Positions 38,188 through 48,104 are shown, counted from the first letter of the stretch. The stretch: DNA of 64,000 nucleotides from an uncultured Planctomycetia bacterium (GCA_964536865.1 CAZHYN010000006.1:6674-70673), one strand, 5' to 3'. A program made the numbers and translations. The notes: generated by a model from the letters alone, not told the origin.

Positions 38188-39585
38188 TTAATACTTCAGA
38201 ATATACTTTTCAATCTTTTGCGGAGAGTCTAAATCTCTGTTAATTTCTTTCCAGACGTCTTTGCTCTCCATGCATAAATATATAGGTGTTTTTGTGTCGT
38301 ATTTTCTTATCCAGGATATCGTTTTTTTATAAATTTCAATTCTTAAAAATGCAGGATACCTCAATTTTTTATCTTCTCCTAAAAAGAGCTCTCCATAGAA
38401 TATCTTACTTTCTGGAAATCTTTGCTCAACAATATCTTTTAACTCTCTCGGACCACGAAGAGTTCCTAGGCTGATCCATTTAAAAGGAGGGTTTAAGGTG
38501 CGATACAATTCATCTATTATCTTCCTATAAGAATTTTCCCATCCCTCAAAATATATTATAGGATCGAAATGAAATCCTAAAGAAAAGCCCTTCCTCTGTA
38601 CCTCTTTAGCTGATTCAATCCTTTCTTCTAAAGTGGAAGTACCTATCTCTTCTTTTTCTATGATTTCCCAGGGATTGAGAGACCAAGAAATGACTATATT
38701 AGGAGAGGCTTGACATTCTAAGAGATTGTTTATTTTTTTACTCTTTGTTTTTAACTCAAAATATAGATTTTTATCTTTAAAAAAATTAATTAAAATTTTG
38801 CTATACTCAGTGATATCATCTAAAGCTAAAGAGTCACAGAACTCACCTGTGCCAATTCTTATTGGTTTTTTTAATTTTCTGTAGAATTCTTTAAATTTAC
38901 TAAAAAAGTCGTCCAAATTTGAAGGGAGGATGACGCCAGGAAAGTTAGAGTAAACTTGAAGGTAACAGTAAGTACAATCAAAGGGACAGCCAAAACCTAA
39001 GTTAAATATCCAATAGTTACATCTCAATACATTTTTTGTGCAGGGGCAGGGCTTTAAGAAGTCCCACCTTTCCTTTACTACAAAAATAATTGGTTTTTTA
39101 AAATCTGCTAAGCTGAACTTATGTGTTTTTAAATATTCAGCATAGTAGGGGATCTCGCAAATTTCTATATAAGGAAATTTCTTTTTTATCTTCTTTATAA
39201 GATAACTACATTTAGCCTCTTTTTCTACAAATACCTTTTGAGGAATGATACTTTCTTGATGTGGAGAGGGGTGATAACAGTTTCGGAGAGGTTCTTTTAA
39301 AGATGAGAGGTAAATAGTTTTTGTATCAATTTTAGAGAGCCTTGCTGTGAGGGGGAATCTTAAATTTATCAGGTTTTCCTTTAAAACGAAGAATTTATTT
39401 CTTCCACCTGTTTTTCTTATTCTGGGATTATTCTTCAATTCTTCTATTAGAGTGTAAGGTTGTATATCTTTAATAATACATATTTCATATATTAAACGCT
39501 GTAAGTCTCTGAGCTGATTGCGGTTAGGAGAGAAAGCAACTTCCCTTTCTAAAATAGATTTTAAATTTTTTAGAGCCTCTTGCAT
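38188..39585 (-). CDS. Radical SAM enzyme, SPL/'DNA repair photolyase'-like family (COG1533-like) with a roughly 190-aa N-terminal extension
   Basis: GCPFDCTYCY CxxxCxxC cluster in the context typical of spore-photoproduct-lyase-like radical-SAM proteins. Confidence 0.65.
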   Translation of the reverse strand: MQEALKNLKSILEREVAFSPNRNQLRDLQRLIYEICIIKDIQPYTLIEELKNNPRIRKTGGRNKFFVLKENLINLRFPLTARLSKIDTKTIYLSSLKEPLRNCYHPSPHQESIIPQKVFVEKEAKCSYLIKKIKKKFPYIEICEIPYYAEYLKTHKFSLADFKKPIIFVVKERWDFLKPCPCTKNVLRCNYWIFNLGFGCPFDCTYCYLQVYSNFPGVILPSNLDDFFSKFKEFYRKLKKPIRIGTGEFCDSLALDDITEYSKILINFFKDKNLYFELKTKSKKINNLLECQASPNIVISWSLNPWEIIEKEEIGTSTLEERIESAKEVQRKGFSLGFHFDPIIYFEGWENSYRKIIDELYRTLNPPFKWISLGTLRGPRELKDIVEQRFPESKIFYGELFLGEDKKLRYPAFLRIEIYKKTISWIRKYDTKTPIYLCMESKDVWKEINRDLDSPQKIEKYILKY

Positions 39586-39727
39586 AAGTTAACCCAAAAT
39601 TTGCACCAGAGTTTTGAAAAACTCTCTAATCATTCAAAATGTTATAGTTTACAGTAAAGCTTTACACCAAAAAGATACAAAGGCAAATTCCAGCCCATTT
39701 TTAATGGGCTGGGTTAACCCAGCCCTT

Positions 39728-40651
39728 TCAAAAGAAAGGGCTTCTCCTTTTTAGACAAATTTTTCTAATGAAAAATTTGGGGTTAAATTTTTCCATCAAC
39801 TCTTTATAAAATTTTGCCTCTTCGTTTTTACCTCTTTTTAATGCGCCCTTTATATAGATGCTACATTTTTTCTTTAGCTCTTCTATAGCTAAATTCCTTT
39901 TTTCCTCATCAAGAGTATTGTTTTCAAGTAATTTTTTTATAGCATATATTCTATATTTATCTAAAGCAGGATACTTTTTTGATTGTTGGTCAGGATGTCC
40001 TCCTTCTTTGATAGTTAAGTACTCAGGAATAAGCTTCACAGGGTATTTAGAAGTTACTCTCAGCCAAAAATCATAATCTTCACATACCGGCATATTTTCA
40101 TCAAACTTTCCAATATCTTCAAATATACTTTTGTGAATGCAGGCAGTAGAGATGCTAATGCAACAGAGCCTTAAAGCATATTTAAAAACTATTCCTTGAG
40201 GTTTTTTGTGGTATTTCTTTTGAGGAAGAAGTTTTCCGTTTCTGTACCATATCTCCTCGGTATGGAATATCTTACAATCAGGATATTTTTTTATATAACT
40301 ATAAGTAATTTCTAGTTTATGATGAAGAAATCTATCGTCGGAATCAAGGAAGCAGATATATTTCCCTTTGGATTCGTTTATTCCCTTATTTCGTGCTGAA
40401 CCAGGTCCTCGATTTTGCTGATAGAAATAGCGTATAGTTTTTAGGGGATAGCGTTTAGTGAAATCTTCTATTATTTTTTCTGTATTATCTGTAGAGCCAT
40501 CATCTACAATGATTAATTCAAAATCTTCAAAAATTTGATGGAGTACACTTTCTACAGCAATTTTAAGGAAATAGAAGCGGTTGTAAGTAGGGATGATTAT
40601 ACTAAAAAACGGCATTTTCATAGGTAATTTTAGAATTATAGAATTTATCAA
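39728..40651 (-). CDS. Family 2 glycosyltransferase
   Basis: FSIIIPTYNR...IIVDDGSTD GT-A/GT2 N-terminal signature, followed by a DxD-like motif. Confidence 0.75.
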   Translation of the reverse strand: MINSIILKLPMKMPFFSIIIPTYNRFYFLKIAVESVLHQIFEDFELIIVDDGSTDNTEKIIEDFTKRYPLKTIRYFYQQNRGPGSARNKGINESKGKYICFLDSDDRFLHHKLEITYSYIKKYPDCKIFHTEEIWYRNGKLLPQKKYHKKPQGIVFKYALRLCCISISTACIHKSIFEDIGKFDENMPVCEDYDFWLRVTSKYPVKLIPEYLTIKEGGHPDQQSKKYPALDKYRIYAIKKLLENNTLDEEKRNLAIEELKKKCSIYIKGALKRGKNEEAKFYKELMEKFNPKFFIRKICLKRRSPFF

Positions 40652-41450
40652 AATCAGGCCTAATAAAGTAAAGTTTAAACTTATATTTTTTGTTCACTTG
40701 GAGAGCAGTCTCTTTTAATTTTTCTGAAAAATTATAGTAACTTTCCTTATCTCTGTAAATGTTTTCAATACTTTTACCAAGGCTTTCATCTACTTTCTTT
40801 ATTTTTTCTAAAATCTCAAGAAAATTCCCCATTTTGCTATGGTAAAGTTCTATATTTACCTCAGTAGTTAATCCTTTCATAAGAGGAAAAATTTCTTCTA
40901 GAGAGCTAAGGTAAGGAATAAATGGACCAATGTGAATTCTTAAAGGTATACCTGCTCTTTTTATTTCTCTAATTACCGCTATTCTTCTTTTAAGAGAGGG
41001 CGAATTTTCCTCTACCAGAGATTTTATCTTTTCTTCAGAGAAATTGAAGGTAAAAAAAATACGATTTTTTTTGTTAACTTTAATGAGAGAGAGGTATTTT
41101 CGTATTAAAGGAGATTTGGTTAGAATTGTATAAGAAATATTGTTTTTGTTCAAGATTTGGATAATCTTTTTACTAATACCATAGGTTAATTCTGCGTAAG
41201 TAAAACATTCACAGCTAGAGCCCAAAATTACTTTCTCTACATTCCGGTATTTTAATTCTTTTTCCAGAATTAAGGGAGCATTAATTTTTATTCCCAAAGT
41301 TTCTCTATCTCTTTGAGCGGTTTTGGTGAATCTAGTATAACAGTATAAGCATCCGAATTCACATCCTCGGTAAGGGTTAATACAGAAAGGAGCTAGACTA
41401 ATTTGAGTAGGAACTAGAACCTTTTGAGTTTTGATAAGTTTAATTTCCAT
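40602..41450 (-). CDS. Radical SAM enzyme, SPL/'DNA repair photolyase'-like family (short paralogue)
   Basis: NPYRGCEFGCLYCY CxxxCxxC motif, very similar in context to the 38188-39585 protein. Confidence 0.65.
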   Translation of the reverse strand: MEIKLIKTQKVLVPTQISLAPFCINPYRGCEFGCLYCYTRFTKTAQRDRETLGIKINAPLILEKELKYRNVEKVILGSSCECFTYAELTYGISKKIIQILNKNNISYTILTKSPLIRKYLSLIKVNKKNRIFFTFNFSEEKIKSLVEENSPSLKRRIAVIREIKRAGIPLRIHIGPFIPYLSSLEEIFPLMKGLTTEVNIELYHSKMGNFLEILEKIKKVDESLGKSIENIYRDKESYYNFSEKLKETALQVNKKYKFKLYFIRPDFDKFYNSKITYENAVF

Positions 41451-42699
41451 CTCTGTAAAAAAGATTGTTGATAAAACTTTTCGTATGGGGAATTTTTTCT
41501 CTTTCTAAGATAGAAATTAGTTTTTTTACTCTAAAGAGTGTTTCTCTAGGTGGAAGATAGTTAGAAGAAAAGTAATCAATATAAGGGTTAATTTGAGCTA
41601 TCTTAGGGATAAATTCTTTATTCTTTACTATGAATTCAGCTGTTTCCTGAAAATCTTTCTTTTCTTCTTGAGGAAAGCCAACTATCAAACTTACCTCAAA
41701 GTGCAAGTTTTCTTTTTTTAAAATCTTAAATAGCGCTAAGGCTTCTTCTTTAGTAAATCCTTTATTCATTGCTTCCAATACTTTATTAGATGCACTTTCT
41801 AACCCAATAAAAAGGTTAAAACATCCACTCTTCTTTAACAGTCTGGCTAAATCTTTAGTAAAATCCCTCTTTACTATTAGCTGAGCTTCCCAACTTATCT
41901 TCAGATTCTTTCTTAATATGAGACTACAGAACTCCTCTAACCAATTTAGGTTGCCATTGATGAGAGAATCCTGAAAAACGAAATTATTAATTTTGTATTT
42001 ATCAACCAAAAAATTTATCTGTTCTGTCAAATAGAGAGGAGAATGTTGCCTGAACTTAACGGTGAGAAATTTTTCTGCACAAAATTTACACCTCCTTATG
42101 CATCCTCTTGAAGAATAAAGAGGTAGCATCGATGAGTAAAATTCTATATTGCAATCATTAAATTCACAGAAGGGAATTTCATCCAGATTTTCTAACTCAT
42201 CATGGATAATTATCTTTTCCTTGGAGGAGTTTAAAATTCTTTCTATAGATTTCTCACCTTCTCCTATCACCCAGCTAAAATTATCGTTTAAATATTCTTT
42301 CCTCATTTTCATAAAAAGAACTTCCGGCCCTCCAATGACTATTTTTTTCTTAGGGTAAGCAGATTTTACTTCTTCTATAAAGGAGAAAGTAAAAGGTCTA
42401 TTTCTTTTATAAAGAGAAAAGCCAATCAGATTTGCATTCTTTAATTTCTTGAAGATATTCTTTATGATTTGAGGGTGTTTTCTCTTTATTAAGGAGAATA
42501 AATTCTCTTCAAACTTTTTATCTAAGGATAGCCAAGTTCTTTTGTCTGTGCCCAGGAGTTTGTAACAGAGGATGTTTAAATCTATTATTTTTACTTCAAT
42601 CTTTCTTTTTTTAGAATAATTTTTAATAAACTCTAAACCTAAAGGGGGTGTTTTAATCCAATGAGGGGGGCAGAGAAGGCAATAGACTAAAGCTTTCAT
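41440..42699 (-). CDS. B12-binding-domain radical SAM enzyme (class B rSAM)
   Basis: N-terminal cobalamin-binding Rossmann-like region (LVYCLLCPPHWIKTPPLGLEFIKNY...IIDLN), then the radical-SAM cluster CIRRCKFC. Confidence 0.75.
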   Translation of the reverse strand: MKALVYCLLCPPHWIKTPPLGLEFIKNYSKKRKIEVKIIDLNILCYKLLGTDKRTWLSLDKKFEENLFSLIKRKHPQIIKNIFKKLKNANLIGFSLYKRNRPFTFSFIEEVKSAYPKKKIVIGGPEVLFMKMRKEYLNDNFSWVIGEGEKSIERILNSSKEKIIIHDELENLDEIPFCEFNDCNIEFYSSMLPLYSSRGCIRRCKFCAEKFLTVKFRQHSPLYLTEQINFLVDKYKINNFVFQDSLINGNLNWLEEFCSLILRKNLKISWEAQLIVKRDFTKDLARLLKKSGCFNLFIGLESASNKVLEAMNKGFTKEEALALFKILKKENLHFEVSLIVGFPQEEKKDFQETAEFIVKNKEFIPKIAQINPYIDYFSSNYLPPRETLFRVKKLISILEREKIPHTKSFINNLFYRDGN

Positions 42700-42727
42700 C
42701 TTATTATAATATTAAATTGAAGCAATT

Positions 42728-43840
42728 ATGATGGGTTATCATCTGTATATTCACATTCCCTTTTGTAAAAGTAAATGTCCTTACTGCGATTTCTACAGTT
42801 TACCTTACGAGGAAAGTCTAGCTCGTCAGTATATAGATATTTTATCTAAAGAAATCAGAAATTTAAATATAAATGTGACAACAACCTACATTGGTGGTGG
42901 TACCCCTACAGTGTTAAGTCCTAATCTATTAGATTCTCTACTTAAGAGTATGGAGAGGATAATTAGAAGATCCAAAGAAGTCACAATTGAGGCAAATCCT
43001 GAGAGTTTAACCGATGATAAACTAAAGTTATTCTTAAAAAAAGGAATAAACAGAATAAGCATTGGAATTCAATCTTTAAGAGAGGATAAATTGAAGTTTT
43101 TAGGAAGAATTCACTCTACTGGAGAGGGAATAGGTGCGGTTTATAAAGCAAAAAGAATTGGTTTCAAGAATATAAGTGTGGATTTAATCTATGGAGTACC
43201 TTATGAAACCTTAGAAAGTTGGCGCAAAGAACTTAAAGCTATAGTAAAGTTGCCCGTTACTCATATATCTTGTTATAGTTTAACACCGGAAGAATCTACC
43301 CCTTTCTATAAATTTAAAGAAGAGATAGATGAAGATACTGTTGCTCAGATGTTCCTCTACAATATGAATTATCTTCCTCGTAAGGGGTTTTATCATTACG
43401 AGGTTTCTAATTTTGCCAAAAGAGATTATCAATGCAAACATAATTTAGCTTATTGGGATAACGCTCCTTATATTGGGTTAGGTCCGTCGGCGGTATCTTT
43501 TATAGAGGGAAGGAGAGTTAAGAATGTAGAGGATATCCAAAGATATATTGAAGGTAAAAACTCAAAAAAATACTTGATAATAGAGGAGAGACTTTCTCCT
43601 TTCCGTAGAGCTAAAGAAACTGTCTGTTTAAATTTGAGAAGGAAAGTAGGTGTGGAATTTGTCAGGTTTAGAGAAAAAACAGGTTTCGATTTTTGGGAGA
43701 TAGAGGATAGAGATGTAGTAAGAAGATTAATCAAAAATGGCTTTCTTCGTTATAAAAAAAGAGGAAAAGAGATTATAGGGTTGTTTTTGACTAAAAAAGG
43801 ATTTCTCTATGCTGATGAGGTATGTTCTGAATTAATTTAA
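42728..43840 (+). CDS. hemW: HemW-like radical SAM haem chaperone / HemN-family (oxygen-independent coproporphyrinogen-III oxidase-like)
   Basis: YIHIPFCKSKCPYCDF signature and HemN-family length. Confidence 0.8.
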   Translation: MMGYHLYIHIPFCKSKCPYCDFYSLPYEESLARQYIDILSKEIRNLNINVTTTYIGGGTPTVLSPNLLDSLLKSMERIIRRSKEVTIEANPESLTDDKLKLFLKKGINRISIGIQSLREDKLKFLGRIHSTGEGIGAVYKAKRIGFKNISVDLIYGVPYETLESWRKELKAIVKLPVTHISCYSLTPEESTPFYKFKEEIDEDTVAQMFLYNMNYLPRKGFYHYEVSNFAKRDYQCKHNLAYWDNAPYIGLGPSAVSFIEGRRVKNVEDIQRYIEGKNSKKYLIIEERLSPFRRAKETVCLNLRRKVGVEFVRFREKTGFDFWEIEDRDVVRRLIKNGFLRYKKRGKEIIGLFLTKKGFLYADEVCSELI

Positions 43841-43954
43841 TAATCCTATAATTTATTTTGCTACCACACAATTATTTGTTATAATTTGTGGAAGTTTGTA
43901 TGCAAAGATAGAAATGCTAATATAATTCAGTTGGCAGAGTAATTCTGTATCTTT

Positions 43955-44026
43955 GCCGGGATAGCTCAGTGGTAGAGCAGGTGCTTCGTAAGCATCAGGT
44001 CGAGAGTTCGAATCTCTCTCCCGGCT
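43955..44026 (+). tRNA. tRNA-Thr (anticodon CGU)
   Basis: Cloverleaf read by hand: acceptor gccggga/tcccggc, D-arm gctc/gagc, anticodon stem ggtgc/gcatc with loop ttCGTaa, T-arm gagag-ttcgaat-ctctc. A TTGCTA-16-TATAAT promoter lies about 65 nt upstream. Confidence 0.85.
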
Positions 44027-44052
44027 TATAAATAGAGATACCAGATAACTCA

Positions 44053-44076
44053 GAGGTTCAAATCCTCTCTCCGGCT
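44053..44076 (+). repeat. Degenerate copy of the tRNA-Thr T-arm + 3' acceptor strand, 27 nt downstream of the gene
   Basis: gaggttcaaatcctctctccggct versus the tRNA's gagagttcgaatctctctcccggct. It runs into the RBS of the downstream MFS gene. Confidence 0.5.
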
Positions 44077-44087
44077 AAGGAGATGAG

Positions 44088-45347
44088 ATGTTTGTATCTT
44101 ACTTTAAGGTCTTAAAAAGGAGAAATTTTTTTCTTCTATGGTTTGGTCAGGTAATTTCTCAATTTGGAGATCGTCTCACCCAGATGGCCCTGATAGGTTT
44201 AGTGTATGAGCTTATGCCTCATTCCTCTATGAGTTTAGCTAAGGTTATGAGTTTACCTGTGTTGGCGGTACTATTAATTTCCCCAGTAGCAGGAGTTTAT
44301 GTAGATAGATGGCAAAAAAGAAAGACTATGTATGTAAGTGATTTCTTAAGAGGAATATGTATAGCCCTTATTTTCATTCTGATTTTTAAGTTTAAAACAA
44401 TGATTTTTATCTACTTCCTTATTTTTCTTTCTTTTTGTGTAGGTAGATTTTTTATCCCTGCTAAGATGGCTATAATTCCTACTCTAGTAGATCAAAAGGA
44501 TCTCCTCTTAGCTAACTCATTAGTTTCAATTACTGCTATGATTGCTGCTATTTTAGGTTTTGGTTTAGGGGGGATAATTGTAGAAAAGTTAGGTGTAAAA
44601 GTAGCTTTTTTAATAGATAGTGTGACTTTTTTCCTTTCTTCCTTAGCAGTACTTTCTATGAGGGTACAAGAAAGAGGGTTATTTAGTCCGAAGGATTTTC
44701 TTGATTTAAGTAAGCAAGCTATTGAAGAGGTAAAACGTTCTTTTATATTTGAGATGAAAGAAGGATTAAAGTATCTTCTTAAAAGTAAAGAGACCCGTTA
44801 TGCTGCCCAGGTATTTTTTCTTCTTTTTTCCTGTTTAGGCTCTCTTTATGTAGTATTCATTGTTTTTATTCAAAATACCCTTTCTTCAGTTACTTTAGAT
44901 TTAGGATACCTTGCTGTAGGTCTGGGCACAGGGTTATTTGTGGGTTCTTTAATTTATGGAAAGATAGGTAAAAGGTACCCTTTTAAAAAATCAATAAATG
45001 TATCTTTACTCATCAATAGTATTTATTTAATATCATTTGTTACTGTACTGAAGTTTCACCCCTCTAAATTTTTTGCTTTCTTTTCTTGTTTTCTTCTAGG
45101 AGGATTTTCATCTCCTGTTGTGGTGGGAATTAATGCTTTAATTCATAGTGAAAGTCAAAATATTTTTTGGGGTAGAATTTTTAGTTCTCTGGAAGTAGTG
45201 ATGCATTTTGCATTTATAGCTTTTATGTTTTTATCTTCTTATCTAGCAGGATTTTTTTCTCCCTTTACAATAATTGTGAGTGTAGGTATAATTATATTCT
45301 TTTTTTCCTCCTTTAGATTACTTAATGAGCCTAAAGGCAATGATTAG
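44088..45347 (+). CDS. MFS transporter
   Basis: Twelve predicted TM helices with an MFS-like loop 2-3 motif. Confidence 0.7.
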   Translation: MFVSYFKVLKRRNFFLLWFGQVISQFGDRLTQMALIGLVYELMPHSSMSLAKVMSLPVLAVLLISPVAGVYVDRWQKRKTMYVSDFLRGICIALIFILIFKFKTMIFIYFLIFLSFCVGRFFIPAKMAIIPTLVDQKDLLLANSLVSITAMIAAILGFGLGGIIVEKLGVKVAFLIDSVTFFLSSLAVLSMRVQERGLFSPKDFLDLSKQAIEEVKRSFIFEMKEGLKYLLKSKETRYAAQVFFLLFSCLGSLYVVFIVFIQNTLSSVTLDLGYLAVGLGTGLFVGSLIYGKIGKRYPFKKSINVSLLINSIYLISFVTVLKFHPSKFFAFFSCFLLGGFSSPVVVGINALIHSESQNIFWGRIFSSLEVVMHFAFIAFMFLSSYLAGFFSPFTIIVSVGIIIFFFSSFRLLNEPKGND

Positions 45348-46626
45348 AGTAGAGGAATATAAGTTGCCTCAACATGATTTACCTTCAGAGAAATTTTTAC
45401 ATCCCAAAAAGGTATATCTTCCTTTAAGCCAGCATATAGGCAAACCTTCCAAAGAATCGGTAGGTTTAGGAGACTTAGTTGATGAAGGGGAGCTTATTGC
45501 TAAACCGGGAGGAAAAGTTTCAAGTTCCCTCCATGCTCCTAAGAAAGGGAAGATTGTAGCCATAGAGTATTTTCCTCATCCTGTATTAAAAAGATATAAA
45601 GGTATTACAATTGAGTGTCAAGAGGAGGAGAAGAAATACTTTAGGACAAAAGACCCTTCTCTTTTGGACAAAGAGAAGATTTTACAGATTATAGAGAGTG
45701 CAGGAATAGTAGGAATGGGGGGAGCAGGATTTCCCACTCATATAAAGTTAAACCCTCCTAAAAAGATTGATACTTTAATTATCAATGGGTGCGAATGCGA
45801 ACCTTACTTAGCTTGTGATTATCGATTGATGGTAGAAAATACTCAAGGGGTATTTGGAGGAGTAGAACTTATCTGTAAAATATTACAACCAAAGAGAGTT
45901 TTTTTCTGTATAGAAGAGAATAAGCCTGAGGCGATAAAGAGATTTAATTCTTCTATAAGTATCAAAAAGTATGACCTTCCTTCTCCTCAGATAGTAGTGT
46001 TAAAATCTTACTATCCTCAGGGAGGAGAAAAGCAACTTATCTATAAGGTGACTAAGAGGAAAGTTCCTTCAGGAGGGTTTCCTTTCGACGTGGGGTGTTT
46101 AGTTCAAAATGTTGCTACTTGTTTTTCTATTTATCAAGCAGTCTATTACTCTAAACCTCTCATAGAGAGATTGGTAACTTTCGCAGGAGACAGTCTCCTT
46201 AATCCTAAGAATATTTGGGTAAAGGTAGGAACTCTTATCAGTGAACTTTTTAAACAAGGTATTCTTCAATTTAAAAAAGAGCCTAGAAAAGTAATTTTGG
46301 GAGGACCAATGATGGGTATTGCTTTGGATAGTTTAGATTACCCTATTCTTAAAACTACCACTGGGGTGCTTTTTCTTTCCCAAGATAGAATAGACCAAGA
46401 GCCGGAACAAGAATGTATTCGTTGTGCAAGATGTGTGGATGTCTGTCCTATGGGCCTTTTACCTTTAGAATTTGTTAAAAGAATAAAACGAGGGGAATTT
46501 GAAAAGTTAGATGAAGTTTTTATAAAAGATTGTATTGAATGTGGATGTTGTAGTTGGGGTTGTCCAGCAAAAATTCCCATCGTTCACTACATAAAGGTAG
46601 GTAAGTTGTATGGAACTCATAGTTAG
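45325..46626 (+). CDS. rnfC: Rnf electron-transport complex subunit C
   Basis: GMGGAGFPTHIKL NADH/FMN site and two 4Fe-4S ferredoxin motifs (CIRCARCVDVCP, CIECGCCSWGCP). Confidence 0.85.
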   Translation: MSLKAMIRVEEYKLPQHDLPSEKFLHPKKVYLPLSQHIGKPSKESVGLGDLVDEGELIAKPGGKVSSSLHAPKKGKIVAIEYFPHPVLKRYKGITIECQEEEKKYFRTKDPSLLDKEKILQIIESAGIVGMGGAGFPTHIKLNPPKKIDTLIINGCECEPYLACDYRLMVENTQGVFGGVELICKILQPKRVFFCIEENKPEAIKRFNSSISIKKYDLPSPQIVVLKSYYPQGGEKQLIYKVTKRKVPSGGFPFDVGCLVQNVATCFSIYQAVYYSKPLIERLVTFAGDSLLNPKNIWVKVGTLISELFKQGILQFKKEPRKVILGGPMMGIALDSLDYPILKTTTGVLFLSQDRIDQEPEQECIRCARCVDVCPMGLLPLEFVKRIKRGEFEKLDEVFIKDCIECGCCSWGCPAKIPIVHYIKVGKLYGTHS

Positions 46627-47542
46627 TGTTGCTCCTCATCAACGTTCAAAAATAAGTATTCATTGGGCTATGCGTCAAGTTATCACCGCTTTAATCCCTG
46701 CTATTTTAGCTTCTATTATTCTTTTTAGAGAGAAAGCATTATTTTTAATTCTTAATTGTTCTCTTAGTTGTCTCTTAACTGAAGAGATAATTCTGAGGAT
46801 AAGGAGAAAACCTTCGCAAGCTAAAAATTGCAGTGCTGTATTAACGGGGATCCTTCTAGCGTTGGTTTTACCTCCTTCTACGAAGTGGTACGCGGCTACC
46901 TTAGGGAGTGTATTTGCTATTTTTATAGGTAAACAAGTATTTGGAGGGTTAGGGCAAAATATTTTTAACCCTGCCCTGATAGGAAGGGCTTTTCTTGTAG
47001 CAGCTTATCCTAAGATGATGACTACCTGGATAAGCCCTTTTACTCTAGATGCAATAACCAAAGCAACACCTTTAGCTTTAAGGAAATTTGACCAAATTCT
47101 TACTCCCCTTAAAGACTTATTTATAGGTACGGTACCAGGGAGCTTAGGAGAGACTTCTGCTTTAGCTTTGATTATAGGAGGTATTTATTTGCTGATAAGG
47201 AAGGTCATTGATTGGCGTATACCTTTAACTCTTCTTCTTACTACTGTGATAATTTCTTCCATTTTTTACTTTATCGAACCTCTGAATGGTTCTCCTTTAT
47301 TTCACATCTTTAGTGGCGGTCTTCTTTTAGGTGCTTTCTTTATGGCTACCGATCCAGTTACAACTCCAGTTACCAAGAAAGGGAGGTATATTTTTGGTGT
47401 GGGATGTGGTATACTAATAATGATTATTCGTTACTTCAGTGGATTGCCTGAGGGTGTGATGTATTCTATCATTTTTATGAACGCTTTGGTTCCTCTCTTA
47501 AATAGATACACTCTCCCTAAGCCCTTTGGTTATGAAAGATAG
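46610..47542 (+). CDS. rnfD: Rnf complex subunit D
   Basis: NqrB/RnfD-like polytopic membrane protein with a covalent FMN-binding Thr context (FMATDPVT). Confidence 0.85.
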   Translation: MELIVSVAPHQRSKISIHWAMRQVITALIPAILASIILFREKALFLILNCSLSCLLTEEIILRIRRKPSQAKNCSAVLTGILLALVLPPSTKWYAATLGSVFAIFIGKQVFGGLGQNIFNPALIGRAFLVAAYPKMMTTWISPFTLDAITKATPLALRKFDQILTPLKDLFIGTVPGSLGETSALALIIGGIYLLIRKVIDWRIPLTLLLTTVIISSIFYFIEPLNGSPLFHIFSGGLLLGAFFMATDPVTTPVTKKGRYIFGVGCGILIMIIRYFSGLPEGVMYSIIFMNALVPLLNRYTLPKPFGYER

Positions 47543-48104
47543 TTTAAAATATAATCTAAGAGTAATTTTTGTTTTGACTTTTATTTCCTTGATTTGTGGA
47601 TTTATTTTATCTTTTGTATTTAATTCGGCAAAAGCAAAGATTAAAGAGAATCAGAAAAAAGATATTTATCGTGCGATATACCAAATCGTAGATGATTGTA
47701 AAAACGTGGAGGAGAAAAGTATAAATGAAGAAACAATCTATTGGCTTTTTAACGATAAGGGCGAGCTAATCGGTTATGCTTACCTTTCTCAAGGTCAAGG
47801 TTATCAAGGAAAAATTAAAATTCTTTTTGCTATTGATAAAAGTATGGAGAGATTGTTAGGGATAGAAATTATAGAGAATGTGGAAACGCCAGGTTTAGGA
47901 TCAAGAATTAATGAGGAAAGTTTTAAGAGCCAATTTAAGAATCTGAAGACCAACGTTCCTGTTGAATGTGTGAAATTCTTCCCTCAAAAGAAGAATCAGA
48001 TTCAAGCTATTACCTCTGCGACTATCTCTTCCCGAGCAGTGGTCGGTATCCTTAACAAAGGGATACAAAATTTAAAGAGTCTTATTGAAGAAAATGATAG
48101 GTAG
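47526..48104 (+). CDS. rnfG: Rnf complex subunit G (FMN-binding)
   Basis: N-terminal TM helix and an FMN-bind domain (AITSATISS). Confidence 0.8.
   Translation: MVMKDSLKYNLRVIFVLTFISLICGFILSFVFNSAKAKIKENQKKDIYRAIYQIVDDCKNVEEKSINEETIYWLFNDKGELIGYAYLSQGQGYQGKIKILFAIDKSMERLLGIEIIENVETPGLGSRINEESFKSQFKNLKTNVPVECVKFFPQKKNQIQAITSATISSRAVVGILNKGIQNLKSLIEENDR

Noticed and set aside
43920-43954. D-arm-like sequence (ttcagttggcagagtaattctg) between the promoter and tRNA-Thr as a 5' tRNA fragment analogous to the Phe locus
   Set aside because: I could not fold it into an acceptor/D-arm register with proper pairing, and it has no identity to tRNA-Thr itself. The resemblance to a D-loop is too weak to report as a feature.
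34189-43955. Treating the whole tRNA-Phe to tRNA-Thr interval (dgkA, secreted fusion protein, rSAM/GT2 cluster, hemW) as a classical integrase-delimited genomic island
   Set aside because: No distal copy of the tRNA-Phe 18-mer flanks the far end. No integrase gene lies inside the interval. Base composition looks like the rest of the window. The interval may still be accessory, but the att-flanked island model is not supported by the sequence.
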